Positions 1-11,314 of a DNA stretch of 64,000 bases are shown here, one piece after another (the first letter of the stretch is position 1; each line of letters opens with the position of its first letter). The notes below the pieces were generated by a model. That model saw nothing but the letters and a program-made list of their open reading frames with translations, searched no databases and was not told where the DNA came from. Origin of the DNA: Alphaproteobacteria bacterium (GTDB taxonomy: Bacteria > Pseudomonadota > Alphaproteobacteria > UBA828); assembly GCA_965221125.1 (NCBI GenBank), contig CBDCRW010000004.1, forward strand, positions 128,001-192,000, given 5' to 3'. Both the position numbers and the translations under genes were made by a program.

Positions 1-885
1 CTCCTCCTTGTAGGCCGTGCCCTCCTGCACGAGCCGCTCGGCGGCGCCGCGCGCACGCGGGATGATGTCGTTGCGGTAGGCCTCGGCCTCGTTCTTCGCC
101 CGCTCCTGGTCGGCGCGGGCCGCCTGAACGTCGCGGAAGGCGGCAATCACGGCTTCGGGCGGCGCGATGTCCTGCGGCTCGACCTGGGTGATCTCGATGC
201 CGGCCCCGTAATCGTCCAGGATCTGCTGGGTCAGCTCGTGCGTCTGCTGGGCCAGCAACAGGCGTTCCTCGGCCAGCGCGGATTGCAGGCGGGACTTGCC
301 GATCACCTCGCGCATCGCGCTCTCGGCGGCGTCCTTCACCGTGCGCTCCGGCGCCTGGATGTTGAAGAGGAACTGCCCGGCGTCGCGGATGCGCCAGAAG
401 ACGGTGAACTTCACGTCGATGATGTTCTCGTCGCCGGTGAGCATCAGGCTCTCGTCCGGCACCGGCCGCGTGAAGGCCCCCCGCTGGGAATCGACCAGGG
501 TCCGGTAGCCGATCTCGGCGCGGTTGATCTTCGTGACCTTGGGCCTGATGACGGTCTCGAACGGCCAGGGCAGGTGGTAGTTGAGGCCGGGCTGGGTGGT
601 CTTGGTCCACTCGCCCCAGCGCAGCACGACCCCCTGCTCGTCGGGCTCGACCCGGTAGAAGCCCGTCAGCAGCCAGATGCCGATCACCACCAGGAGGAGC
701 AGGATCAGGCCCCGCCCCCCGCGCAGACCGGGCATCCACCGGCGGAACCGATCCTGGCCGCGCCGGAGCATCTCCTCCAGGTCGGGCGGTGGGGGTTGCC
801 CGCCACCGCCGCGCCGGCCACCTCCGCCGCCGGGTGAGCGCCCCCACGGGCCGCTCCCGCCGCCGCCTTGGCTAGACCAGGACAT
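1..885 (-). CDS. hflK: FtsH protease modulator HflK (runs off the window start)
   Basis: Manual minus-strand translation from ATG at 885: MSWSSQGGGGSGPWGR..., PDLEEMLRR, a TM segment, GFYRVEPDEQGVVLRWG, PGLNYHLPWPFE, MLTGDENIIDV, AFRDVQAARADQER. This is an SPFH domain with the HflK-type N-terminus. Confidence 0.93.
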   Translation of the reverse strand, partial: MSWSSQGGGGSGPWGRSPGGGGGRRGGGGQPPPPDLEEMLRRGQDRFRRWMPGLRGGRGLILLLLVVIGIWLLTGFYRVEPDEQGVVLRWGEWTKTTQPGLNYHLPWPFETVIRPKVTKINRAEIGYRTLVDSQRGAFTRPVPDESLMLTGDENIIDVKFTVFWRIRDAGQFLFNIQAPERTVKDAAESAMREVIGKSRLQSALAEERLLLAQQTHELTQQILDDYGAGIEITQVEPQDIAPPEAVIAAFRDVQAARADQERAKNEAEAYRNDIIPRARGAAERLVQEGTAYKEE

Positions 886-1015
886 CGTTCGGCCTTCCTC
901 TCAAGGCTTTGCAAGCCGTCATTGGCGCCTTATAAGTCATGCGGTTGCCGCGCGCAACGGCGCGCTTGCGCGCGCATGGTTTTCTGCGGCACGGCCCCCA
1001 AGTCAGAGTAAAGCG

Positions 1016-2176
1016 ATGGCGTCGGTCACCAAGGAGCAGGTTCTGGCGGTGCTGGCCGACGTCCTGGACCCGGAGAGCGGGCAGAACGTCGTCGCCGGCG
1101 GCCTGGTCAGCGGAGTCGTGGTGCGGGACGGCAACGTGGGCTTCACGCTGGAGGTCGACCCGGCCCAGGGCGCGGCGATGGAGCCGCTCCGCAAGGCCTG
1201 CGAGACCGCGGTCGAGCGGCTCTCCGGCGTGCTCTCCGTGACGGCCGTGATGACCGCCGAGAGACAAGGCGCCGGCCGTGCTCAGGACCGCGCGCAGGGC
1301 CAGGGTCACGCGCACGGTCACGCCCACGGCGGGCAGGCCCAGGCGCAGGGCGCGCAGCAGGCCCCCCAGCTCCTCCCCGGCGTGAAGAGCGTCATCGCCG
1401 TCGCCTCCGGCAAGGGCGGCGTCGGCAAGTCGACGACCGCCGTCAACATCGCCACCGCCATGGCGGCCCAGAACGTGCGCGTCGGGCTGCTCGACTGCGA
1501 CATCTACGGCCCCTCGATCCCGCGCATGCTCAATCTCAGCGGCCAGCCCGAGATGGCGGGCGAGCGCACGCTCCGTCCCATGGCGAATTACGGGATCAAG
1601 TGCATGTCCATCGGCTTTCTGGTGGCTGAGGACACCGCGATGATCTGGCGCGGGCCCATGGTCATGCAGGCGCTCGAGCAGATGATGCGCGACGTCGAAT
1701 GGGGCGCGCTCGACGTGCTGATCTGCGACCTGCCGCCCGGCACCGGCGATGCGCAGCTCACCATGGCGCAGCGGGTGCCGCTCACCGGCGCCGTGATCGT
1801 GTCCACGCCGCAGGACATCGCGCTGCTCGACGTGACCCGCGGCATCAACATGTTTCAGCAGGTCAACGTGCCGATCTTCGGCGTCGTCGAGAACATGAGC
1901 TACTACGTCTGCCCCCAGTGCGGCCACCGGGCGGAGCTCTTCCACCACGGCGGCGCGCGGGAGACCGCGTTTCGGCTGGGCGTGGATTTTCTGGGCGAGA
2001 TTCCGCTCGACCTCGACATCAGGACGACCTCGGATGCGGGCCGGCCCATCGTGGTCACGCAGCCCGAGAGCCCCCACGCCGGCGCCTACCGGCAGATCGC
2101 CGCCGCGCTCATCGACAAGGCGACCTCGGCGGTGGGCGGCGCCGAGCGCCCGCAGCCCCGTATCGTGATGATGTAG
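1016..2176 (+). CDS. apbC: Mrp/ApbC iron-sulfur cluster carrier ATPase
   Basis: N-terminal FeS-assembly-type domain, His-rich linker, VASGKGGVGKST, WRGPM, DLPPGTGD, ENMS..CPQCG. Confidence 0.93.
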   Translation: MASVTKEQVLAVLADVLDPESGQNVVAGGLVSGVVVRDGNVGFTLEVDPAQGAAMEPLRKACETAVERLSGVLSVTAVMTAERQGAGRAQDRAQGQGHAHGHAHGGQAQAQGAQQAPQLLPGVKSVIAVASGKGGVGKSTTAVNIATAMAAQNVRVGLLDCDIYGPSIPRMLNLSGQPEMAGERTLRPMANYGIKCMSIGFLVAEDTAMIWRGPMVMQALEQMMRDVEWGALDVLICDLPPGTGDAQLTMAQRVPLTGAVIVSTPQDIALLDVTRGINMFQQVNVPIFGVVENMSYYVCPQCGHRAELFHHGGARETAFRLGVDFLGEIPLDLDIRTTSDAGRPIVVTQPESPHAGAYRQIAAALIDKATSAVGGAERPQPRIVMM

Positions 2177-2188
2177 CGGGAGCCGCCG

Positions 2189-2872
2189 ATGGCGCGCGGA
2201 ACAGCCGACGACGCTCTCCAGGCCCTCTCCCTTCGTTCGGGCCGCAGGCGCTGGGTCGGCGCCGGTCTCGTCGCGCTGCTTCTCGCCCTGCTCGCGGCGG
2301 GATGCGCCCCCTCGGTGCCGGATCGCCAGCAGGATATCTGCGCGATTTTCGCCCAGCACCCCGACTGGTACGACTACGCCAAGGACGCGGAGGACGAGTG
2401 GGGCGTGCCGGCGCCCATCCTCATGGCCTTCGTGCACCAGGAATCGAGCTTCCGCAGTGATGCGCGGCCGCCCCGCAAGTACGTTCTCTGGATCATCCCC
2501 TGGGGCCGCGTGTCGTCCGCCAAGGGCTACGCTCAGGCGCAGGACCCGGCCTGGTCCGACTACACCGACGAGCGCGGCTCGTTCTTCCGCAGCCGTTCGG
2601 ACATGGAGGACGCGCTCGACTTCATCGGCTGGTACAACCACGGGACCTCGCAGCAGCTCGGCATCGCCAAGACCGACGTGCGCAACCTTTATCTGGCCTA
2701 CCACGAGGGGCGCGGCGGCTACCGCAGCGGCAAATGGAAGGGCAAGCCCAAGCTGCAGCAGATCGCGGACCGGGTGGCCCAGACCGCGCGGCGCTACGAA
2801 GCCCAGCTCAGGGACTGCGAATCGGACTTCCGCTGCGATTCCTGGTGGCAGGTCTGGCCCTTCTGTAGCTGA
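2189..2872 (+). CDS. SLT/transglycosylase-like lipoprotein
   Basis: Lipobox LAAGC, QESSF catalytic motif, SSAKGYAQA, YLAYHEG. Confidence 0.8.
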   Translation: MARGTADDALQALSLRSGRRRWVGAGLVALLLALLAAGCAPSVPDRQQDICAIFAQHPDWYDYAKDAEDEWGVPAPILMAFVHQESSFRSDARPPRKYVLWIIPWGRVSSAKGYAQAQDPAWSDYTDERGSFFRSRSDMEDALDFIGWYNHGTSQQLGIAKTDVRNLYLAYHEGRGGYRSGKWKGKPKLQQIADRVAQTARRYEAQLRDCESDFRCDSWWQVWPFCS

Positions 2873-2875
2873 GGG

Positions 2876-3919
2876 CTAGGGCTCGCGCCCCAGCACCGCC
2901 ATCAGCTCGCGCCACTCGCGCTTGGAGAGCCCGCTCTCCTCCTGGCCCACCGTCTCGCCCGCCAGCATGCGCCTGACCACGTCGAGCGCACCTGCCGAGA
3001 GCGATGCGGCATCCGCCGCATAGTCGCGGAAGGCCTGATGCGTGGCCGGCACCCAGCTCGCCACGATCTTGTCGAGGATCACGTCGGCGTAGGCGCGGAT
3101 CTCGTACTGGGCGTGGGCATCGGCCCGCAGTGAGAGGAAGTGCAGCAGGTTGTGCAGGTCGATCTTCCAGTAGAACTGGGTGTAGTAGTTGACCGGCAGC
3201 GCCGCCCGCGCCAGCTCGCGGGCGAGACCGGCGCGGTCGGGGTCCTTCTTCTCGCCGCTCTCGTTCTCGTTGAGCAGGTTCTCGTAGACGCCGTAGGCGC
3301 GGGTCGAGATCCAGTCGAGGCGCGAGAGCGCCTGCCGGGCCTCCTCGTCCTTCAGGTCGTCGTCCCGGCCCTGCTTGTTGGTGCCGGACTGCGCGGCCAG
3401 CTCCTCACGCTGCTCCGCTGCCGCCCGCCAGCCGAACAGGTCGTTCATGCCGCTGCTGCTGGCGCGCTGGCGGTCGATCTGCTCTTCCCGGACCGATTGC
3501 AGGTGGGCCGGGTCCGGCACGTAGAACTCGCGGTCGAGCCGGGAATAGCGCGCGGAATACTCGTTGACGCTGGCGGTGCGGTGGCGGAGCCACTGGCGCG
3601 CCACGAAGATCGGCGCCTTGATGTGCAGCTTGAGCTCGCACATCTCGAAGGGCGTCGTGTGGCGGTGGCGCAGGAGGTAGCGGATCAGCGCGCGGTCCTC
3701 CCGCACCTTGCGCGTGCCCGCGCCGTAGGAGACCCGCGCTGCCTGCACGATTGCCCCGTCGTCCCCCATGTAGTCGATCAGGCGGACGAAGCCGTGATCG
3801 AGCACGTCGAAGCGCTCGTAGAGGATCGCCTCCATGGCCGGCACCGTGGCGCGCCTGGTCTCGTGCGCGGCAGCGCGCTGGGCCTCGATCTCCGCCCGCT
3901 TGTGGTCGTCGATCGGCAT
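2876..3919 (-). CDS. thyX: FAD-dependent thymidylate synthase ThyX (with a 34-aa insertion)
   Basis: [15 protein letters not shown], ThyX motif [21 protein letters not shown]. Start placed at ATG 3919. Confidence 0.95.
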   Translation of the reverse strand: MPIDDHKRAEIEAQRAAAHETRRATVPAMEAILYERFDVLDHGFVRLIDYMGDDGAIVQAARVSYGAGTRKVREDRALIRYLLRHRHTTPFEMCELKLHIKAPIFVARQWLRHRTASVNEYSARYSRLDREFYVPDPAHLQSVREEQIDRQRASSSGMNDLFGWRAAAEQREELAAQSGTNKQGRDDDLKDEEARQALSRLDWISTRAYGVYENLLNENESGEKKDPDRAGLARELARAALPVNYYTQFYWKIDLHNLLHFLSLRADAHAQYEIRAYADVILDKIVASWVPATHQAFRDYAADAASLSAGALDVVRRMLAGETVGQEESGLSKREWRELMAVLGREP

Positions 3920-4044
3920 GGTGGGGAGCAACTCCGGTAAAGTGAAGCGGTGGTCCGGGCTGCGATCATACCCGCTCCCGCGGCCGAGTGCAGAGTTACC
4001 GCTTCCCGCTTCCCAAACGCGTCCCGAGCGCCTATATAGACGGG

Positions 4045-4325
4045 GTCAGCGGGCGACCGCCGACTATGGCGATAAACGCTGCTCGAAATAAGCGTTGCGG
4101 ACCCGGGGGCAGTACCCGGCGCCTCCACCACTCCCTGGGCCGGCGGGCCTCGGTTGCGGGGGCGAACCAGGATCGACGTGCGTGGTAAAGGTGTGGTTTT
4201 CGCCCGGCATGGTACCGCCGTTATCGGGCCAACTCAGAGGTGCGAACGACAACGAAGTCGCCCTCGCTGCCTAGCATCGCTAGGTAAGCGCGGCTTGGGG
4301 GGCGCCGGGCAACAGAAGCCCCCCG
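4045..4325 (+). ncRNA. ssrA: Two-piece (circularly permuted) tmRNA
   Basis: Acceptor piece ends ...CGCCTCCACCA at 4130. After a short intervening segment, the coding piece starts GGGGGCGAA...GATCGAC at 4158 and pairs with 4120-4126, including a G3-U70 pair. Tag frame ANDNEVALAA* at 4242-4274. Outer boundaries approximate. Confidence 0.93.
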
Positions 4326-4451
4326 CTCACCGCGATATTCTCGTCCCGGTTCAGGCCCGTGCCCCTGGCGCGACGCCAGCCGTGACCGTGCCGCCATATC
4401 CGGGCTAAGCTGCCCGCAGGCGTGGGCAGACGAGCGGACACGGACGCGGGA

Positions 4452-4955
4452 ATGGGAAAGGACCTTATCGGCTACGACGTGTTGGTCGAGACCGGCCTGC
4501 GCTCGGTGATCCGCGAGGCGCTTCGCCGCGTCGCCGCAGAGGGCTGGCCCGGCACCCATCACGCCTACATCACCTTCAGGACCGATGCGCCGGGCGTCGA
4601 CGTGCCGGATTCGCTCCGCGCGCGCTATCCCGACGAGCTGACCATCGTGCTCCAGCACCAGTTCTGGGACCTGGAGGTGGACGACGACCACTTCGCCGTG
4701 ACGCTGAGCTTCAGCAAGGTCGGCCACCGCCTCGTCGTGCCGTTCTCGGCGCTCACCGGCTATGCCGACCCTTCGGTGAAGTTCGGCCTGCAGTTCGGCG
4801 CTTCGCCGAAGGGGAGTGAGAAAGCGGCTTCGCCGAAGGCCGCTGAAACGAAGGCAATGCCGGAGACCGCGCCGGAGGCGGACGAGGGCGATGCTGCGAC
4901 CCCGGAGGCGGGCGGCGAGAAGGTCGTGGCGCTGGAGCAGTTCCGCAAGAAGTAG
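4452..4955 (+). CDS. sspB: SspB-family ClpXP adaptor (alphaproteobacterial type)
   Basis: HHAYITFRT, YPDELTIVLQHQFWDL, ADPSVKFGLQF, C-terminal VVALEQFRKK ClpX-docking tail. Lies directly after ssrA. Confidence 0.92.
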   Translation: MGKDLIGYDVLVETGLRSVIREALRRVAAEGWPGTHHAYITFRTDAPGVDVPDSLRARYPDELTIVLQHQFWDLEVDDDHFAVTLSFSKVGHRLVVPFSALTGYADPSVKFGLQFGASPKGSEKAASPKAAETKAMPETAPEADEGDAATPEAGGEKVVALEQFRKK

Positions 4956-4957
4956 CC

Positions 4958-5225
4958 AGCCCGCATTTCTCGCCAGGGTCATGTTCTGCGCGGCGCTGTC
5001 CGGCGGACAGAGTAGGAGCGGCGCGCAACGCGATGCGGGGACATCGGGTAAGCGCCGCGACGCACGCTGTCGGTCGGAGAGCGCCGCCCTTCGGGTCGCG
5101 CCCAGGCGCCCGCCCGCGTCGTTGCGGGCCTCAACCGTATTCCCTGATACGCTTTTCGGCCCGCTCCTAGCGGATCGAGCGCCTGGGCGCGACGCAGGCC
5201 GTGACCCTGGTGAGAATTGCGGGCT
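4958..5225. mobile_element. Putative MITE / palindromic element (about 268 bp)
   Basis: 26-bp terminal inverted repeats at 4958-4983 and 5200-5225 (3 mismatches). Perfect internal 15-bp IR at 5095-5109 and 5179-5193 enclosing further stems. Confidence 0.7.
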
Positions 5226-5997
5226 ATTCTTCCCATTCGAGGTTACCGCACACCCCGATCAGCTGCCCGGTGATGTTGCGCGCCCCGTCCTGCGCCAGGA
5301 AGAACGCGGCGTCGGCGACCTCTTCGCAGGAGATCAGCGAGCGCGTGGAGATGAAGCTCACGTAGCGCTCGTGCGCCTCCGCCACCGTCTGTCCCCGCTT
5401 GGCCGCGAGGTTCGTGATCAGGCGGCGGCCGCGCGGGTTGTCGATGATGCCGGGCAGGATGGCGTTGCAGCGGATGCCGAAGGGCCCCAGCTCGCGCGCG
5501 AGGTTCCGCGTCATGCCGTCGACCGCGCACTTGGTGGTCACGTAGGAGGTCCGGAGCGGCATGCCCACCCTGGTGGATGCTGTCGAGATGTTGATGATCG
5601 CGCCGCTGGCGTGCGCTTTCATCACCGGCACGGCGCGCTTGATGCAGTGGAACATGCCGTTGAGGTTGACGTCGATCACCCGGTACCAGTCTTCGTCCTC
5701 GATCTCCTCGACCGGCGCGCGCGGGCCGCTGATGCCGGCGTTGTTCACCAGCACGTCGATGGTGCCGAGCGCGGCGATCCCTTCGTCGAACCAGCGCGCG
5801 ACCGCGTCGGCCGAGCCCACGTCGGCGATGCTGCCGGACATGCCGGGGTTGGCGCCGAGAACGTCCTCCAGGCTCGCGGTCGTCAGGCAGCAGATGTGGA
5901 CGCGCGCGCCGGCGGCGTGGAAGCGCTCGGCCACGGCGCGGCCGATGCTGCGGCCGGCGCCGGTGACCATCACCGCCTGCGGAGTCTCGCCTGCCAT
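5224..5997 (-). CDS. SDR family oxidoreductase
   Basis: TGAGRSIG, NNAG, YVTTK (YxxxK), NAILPG. Confidence 0.9.
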   Translation of the reverse strand: MAGETPQAVMVTGAGRSIGRAVAERFHAAGARVHICCLTTASLEDVLGANPGMSGSIADVGSADAVARWFDEGIAALGTIDVLVNNAGISGPRAPVEEIEDEDWYRVIDVNLNGMFHCIKRAVPVMKAHASGAIINISTASTRVGMPLRTSYVTTKCAVDGMTRNLARELGPFGIRCNAILPGIIDNPRGRRLITNLAAKRGQTVAEAHERYVSFISTRSLISCEEVADAAFFLAQDGARNITGQLIGVCGNLEWEE

Positions 5998-6286
5998 GGC
6001 TTACCCTCGGGCTTCCGTGGACGACGGCGCGAGGATAGAGCGGCCACCCGCTTGCGCCAAACGCTCCGCCGGTGGCCAGCGAGGTTTGCGGCACGAGCGA
6101 ACCGGGCCGCAGGCCCGGACGGCGCGACCGCGCGTCGCGCGCCCATGCGCGCGCGGGCGCATGATGCACGGTCACGTGCGCGGAGCGCACGATGCGCCGC
6201 ATGGCGCGAGAGCCAAGCGAGCGGAGCGAGCGCCCGGCGACTGAGGGATATGGTAAAGGAAACGCGCAACCGGAGAGGGTACGGCC

Positions 6287-7693
<1,407 letters not shown>

Positions 7694-7763
7694 CCCGGAA
7701 GGGGATACCCCGCCCGGCCCTGCACCCGAGACGTTGGCCACTGATGGGAAGCTTGTCGCAGAG

Positions 7764-8210
7764 TCAGTCTATCGCGCTCATGCTGAGGTTGACCGGGGTC
7801 GAGTTGGCGATGTTGTCGCTCACCGGGCAGCGTGCCTGAACTTCGGCCAGCAACGCGGCAAGCTGCTCGGGGCTGGCACTGCTCCTGACCTGGATCTCGG
7901 CGTCGATCGACTGGTAACCAGCCCGGACGTTGCGGTCGGTCCCCGCAAACTTGGCCGGGTCCAGTGATCCTCCCAACGTGATCTCCGTGCCCTCGATCTC
8001 GATCCCCATCTCTTTCGCGATGAAGTGGGTCATGTAGTTCAGGCACCCGGCGTGCGCCGCGAGAATGAAGTCCAGAGGCGACGGCGCGGCGTTCTTGCCG
8101 CCCAGCGATTCCGGCTCGTCCATGAAAATCTTGAAGGCGTGCACGTCGGTCATGCTGCGTGCCATGCTCTCGCCCACCGTCCGCACCTGGGCGCTGTACA
8201 TTTCGGTCAT
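7764..8210 (-). CDS. OsmC family protein
   Basis: DEPESLGG..PSP..LAAHAGC and RCPVS, the two conserved Cys. Confidence 0.85.
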   Translation of the reverse strand: MTEMYSAQVRTVGESMARSMTDVHAFKIFMDEPESLGGKNAAPSPLDFILAAHAGCLNYMTHFIAKEMGIEIEGTEITLGGSLDPAKFAGTDRNVRAGYQSIDAEIQVRSSASPEQLAALLAEVQARCPVSDNIANSTPVNLSMSAID

Positions 8211-8284
8211 GTCTCACTCCCTTTTGGTCTGATGACTGTTCGTCGCGAAAGCACCTGGTCCCTCCCCGTGTACACCGCACGAGA

Positions 8285-10315
8285 TCAGGCGTCTTCCAGA
8301 GGCGCGGTCGCCGCCCTGAGCCAGGCGAGTGTCGCCGCATCGCCTGCGAGCAGGGGCGCGAGGGTCTCCGCCACGCGGGCGTGGTAGGCGTCGAGCCAGG
8401 CGCGCTCGTCCGCCGTCAGCATCGCGGGCTCGATGAGCGCGCGGTCGATGGGAGCGAGCGTCAGCGTCTCGAAGCCGAGGAAGCCATTCTCCGCTTCGTC
8501 CCCCTCGCTCACCGCCACCAGGTTCTCGATGCGGATACCGTAGGCGCCGGTCTTGTAGTAGCCGGGCTCGTTGGAGACGACCATGCCGGGCTGGAGCGCC
8601 GCGCCCGAGCCCGGCCGCGAGATGCGCTGCGGGCCCTCGTGCACGTTGAGGTAGTGGCCGACGCCGTGCCCGGTGCCGTGATCGTAGTCGAGCCCCGCCT
8701 GCCACAGGAACTGCCGCGCAAGCGTGTCGAGCTGCGCCCCGGTGGTGCCGCGCGGGAAGCGTGCCGTCGCCAGCGCGATGTGGCCGCGCAGCACGCGGGT
8801 GAAGCGGTCGCAGTGCTCCGGCTCCGGCGTGCCGATGGCGACCGTGCGGGTCACGTCCGTCGTGCCGTCCAGGTACTGCCCGCCGGAATCGACGAGGTAG
8901 AGCGTGCCGGGCTCCAGCGTCCGGTTCGTCTCCGCCGTCACCCGGTAGTGGACGATGGCGCCGTTGGCGCCTGCGCCCGAAATCGTGTCGAAGCTCGGGC
9001 CACGAAAGTGCTCGCCGCCTGCCCGCATCGCCGCCAGCCGGTCGACCGCGTCGAGCTCGGTCACCGAGCCGGGCGGCGCCGCCGCGAGCCAGGCGAGGAA
9101 GCGCGTGAGCGCCGCGCCGTCCCGGCGGTGGGCGGCGCGGATGCCGTCGAGCTCGGCCTCGTTCTTGCAGGCCTTGGGCAGCGCGCAGGGATCGCTGCCG
9201 CGGACCACACCGGCACCGCCTTCAGCCAGGCGATCGACCATCCAGACCGGCGTCGCCGCCCCGTCGATCAGCACGGCCTTGCCTGCTTCGGCCAAGCCGT
9301 CCAGCACACTCGACAACGCGTCCGGCGCCTGCACCCGCACGGCATTCCCGAGATGCTCTGGCACCTCGGGCAGGAGCTTGCGGCGATCCACGAACCAGTC
9401 CACCCCGCCCTCGCCGTGCACGATGGCGAAGGAGTGGGGCAGGGGGCTGTTGGCTACGTCGGCGCCCCGCACGTTGAGCAGCCAGGCGATCGAATCGGGT
9501 GCGCTCAGCACGGCGGCGTCGGCGTCCTTCTCCGCGAGACGGGCCGCGATCGCCTGCCGCTTCTGGCCGGCGTCCGTGCCGGCGAAGCGCAGCGGGTGCG
9601 GCGCGATAGGGCCGAGCGGCGGCGGCGGCTGGTCCGCCCACAAAGCGTCGATGGGATTGTCCTCGCAAGCGGCGAGGCGGGCGCCCGCGGCCTCGCACGG
9701 CGCCGCCAGCCGGTCGCGGCCCTGCGCGCCGTGCAGCGCCGGGTCGTAGCCGAGCGTCGCCCCGTCGGCGAGGTGCTCCCTGAGCCACGCGTCCGCCGGC
9801 GCCTCGGTGACGTGACGGTGCTCGTAGAGCGTGCCGTCCACCTGCGCTGCCGCCTGCAGGGTGTAGCGCCCGTCGACGAAGAGCGCCGCCCGCTCGGCCA
9901 GCACGATCGCCATGCCGGCCGAGCCCGTGAAGCCCGTGAGCCAGGCCAGGCGCTGGGAGCGCCGCGCCACGTACTCGCCCTGGTGCTCGTCGCTGAGCGG
10001 CACGACGAAGCCGTCGAGCCCGCGCCGCGCAAGCTCGTCCCGGAGCGCCGCGAGCCTTGTCGCCTGCTGCGGCGTGTCGATGCCGTCCGCCGCTGCGGCA
10101 TGGGTCTGCCGCAGCGCTTCGAGCTGCTCGGCCAGCGCGCCGTTGGCCTCGGCGCCGGGGTGGATCAGACGCAGCCAGCTCCGGTCTTGCGGTGCCGCCA
10201 CGGCCACGCCCCGAACCAGCGCCTCGACCTCGCCAACGGGCTTGTCGATCCCGGCGCCGGCCAGTGCGTGCGCGAGCGCAGCCCGACGCTCGCTGGTCGC
10301 GGTTTCCTTTGTCAT
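8285..10315 (-). CDS. pepP: Xaa-Pro aminopeptidase (M24B) with N-terminal extension
   Basis: DEHQGEY, GFTGSAG, DGRYTLQ, DSGGQYLDGTTD, HGTGHGVG, SNEPGYY, GIRIEN. Confidence 0.92.
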   Translation of the reverse strand: MTKETATSERRAALAHALAGAGIDKPVGEVEALVRGVAVAAPQDRSWLRLIHPGAEANGALAEQLEALRQTHAAAADGIDTPQQATRLAALRDELARRGLDGFVVPLSDEHQGEYVARRSQRLAWLTGFTGSAGMAIVLAERAALFVDGRYTLQAAAQVDGTLYEHRHVTEAPADAWLREHLADGATLGYDPALHGAQGRDRLAAPCEAAGARLAACEDNPIDALWADQPPPPLGPIAPHPLRFAGTDAGQKRQAIAARLAEKDADAAVLSAPDSIAWLLNVRGADVANSPLPHSFAIVHGEGGVDWFVDRRKLLPEVPEHLGNAVRVQAPDALSSVLDGLAEAGKAVLIDGAATPVWMVDRLAEGGAGVVRGSDPCALPKACKNEAELDGIRAAHRRDGAALTRFLAWLAAAPPGSVTELDAVDRLAAMRAGGEHFRGPSFDTISGAGANGAIVHYRVTAETNRTLEPGTLYLVDSGGQYLDGTTDVTRTVAIGTPEPEHCDRFTRVLRGHIALATARFPRGTTGAQLDTLARQFLWQAGLDYDHGTGHGVGHYLNVHEGPQRISRPGSGAALQPGMVVSNEPGYYKTGAYGIRIENLVAVSEGDEAENGFLGFETLTLAPIDRALIEPAMLTADERAWLDAYHARVAETLAPLLAGDAATLAWLRAATAPLEDA

Positions 10316-10340
10316 GGCGGCGTTTCTGCCAGCGCGCCGC

Positions 10341-11246
10341 TTACGGCGTCAATATCAGCGTGGCCCAGTCGCCGAGCCGCATGCGCCGCCACAGCCTGAG
10401 CCGGACGGCGCAAAAGGCCGCAAGCACCTGCGGCTCCTCGGTGGTGAGCAGGCCGGAGAGGACCACGACGCCACCCGGCTGCAGATGCCGGGCGAAGGCC
10501 GGCGCCAGCGCCGCGATGGGCCTGGCCCTGATGTTGGCGCAGATCAGATCGGCCCGTCCGAGCCGCGTTCCCGGCCTCGTGCGGAGGCCCTCGCCCTGCG
10601 TCACCGTCACCCGGCGGGAGAGCCCGTTGCGCCGCGCTGTCTCGCGCGCGGCCGGCACCGCCATGGGATCGTTGTCGAGGGCGACGACACGCGCCGGCCA
10701 GAGCTTCGCCGCCGCCACCGCGAGGATGCCGGAGCCCGTGCCGATGTCCAGCGCGAGCCGCACCCGGCGGCGGCGGGCCAGCCAGTCGAGCGCGAGCAGG
10801 CAGCCCTGCGTCGTCTCGTGGCGGCCGGAGCCGAAGGCGGGGCCGGCGGCGACGGAGATGACCAGGCGCCCACTCGGCGGGTCATCGTGTGCATCCACGA
10901 CCGTGAAGCGCCCGACCGAGACGGGCGGAAAGGAGGCGCGGGACTGCGCCGCCCAGTCGGCGGCGCCCACGGGCTCGACCGCCGCGCCGCCGGTGGCGAC
11001 GCCGGCCGCGCGGAGCAGCGCCAGCAGCCGCGCGGGCCTCGGGTCCTCGGCCGCCGGGCCGGCGCCGAACAGGGTGGCGCGCAATTCGTCCGACGGTGCG
11101 TCGCGGCCCGGATGCACTGCCGCCACCGTCTCGGCCACCACGGCGTCGGCCAGCTCGCCGAGCGCGTCCTCCAGCGCCTCGTAGGCCGCCCGGCCGAGCG
11201 TCACCGAGAGCCGCCAGCCTTGCGCCTCCCGGCGATCTCCGCTCAC
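10341..11246 (-). CDS. prmA: Ribosomal protein L11 methyltransferase
   Basis: AFGSGRHETT, LDIGTGSGIL, ANI, LSGLL. Confidence 0.88.
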   Translation of the reverse strand: MSGDRREAQGWRLSVTLGRAAYEALEDALGELADAVVAETVAAVHPGRDAPSDELRATLFGAGPAAEDPRPARLLALLRAAGVATGGAAVEPVGAADWAAQSRASFPPVSVGRFTVVDAHDDPPSGRLVISVAAGPAFGSGRHETTQGCLLALDWLARRRRVRLALDIGTGSGILAVAAAKLWPARVVALDNDPMAVPAARETARRNGLSRRVTVTQGEGLRTRPGTRLGRADLICANIRARPIAALAPAFARHLQPGGVVVLSGLLTTEEPQVLAAFCAVRLRLWRRMRLGDWATLILTP

Positions 11247-11314
11247 TGACCGCTCCGGTCCGGTCGATTCCCGGCTATGATGGGGGCAGCGGAACGCACG
11301 GTCGGAGGCCCACG

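Noticed and set aside
238-837. Plus-strand ORFs at the window start
   Set aside because: Antisense to hflK, which the ORF track missed because it runs off the window edge.
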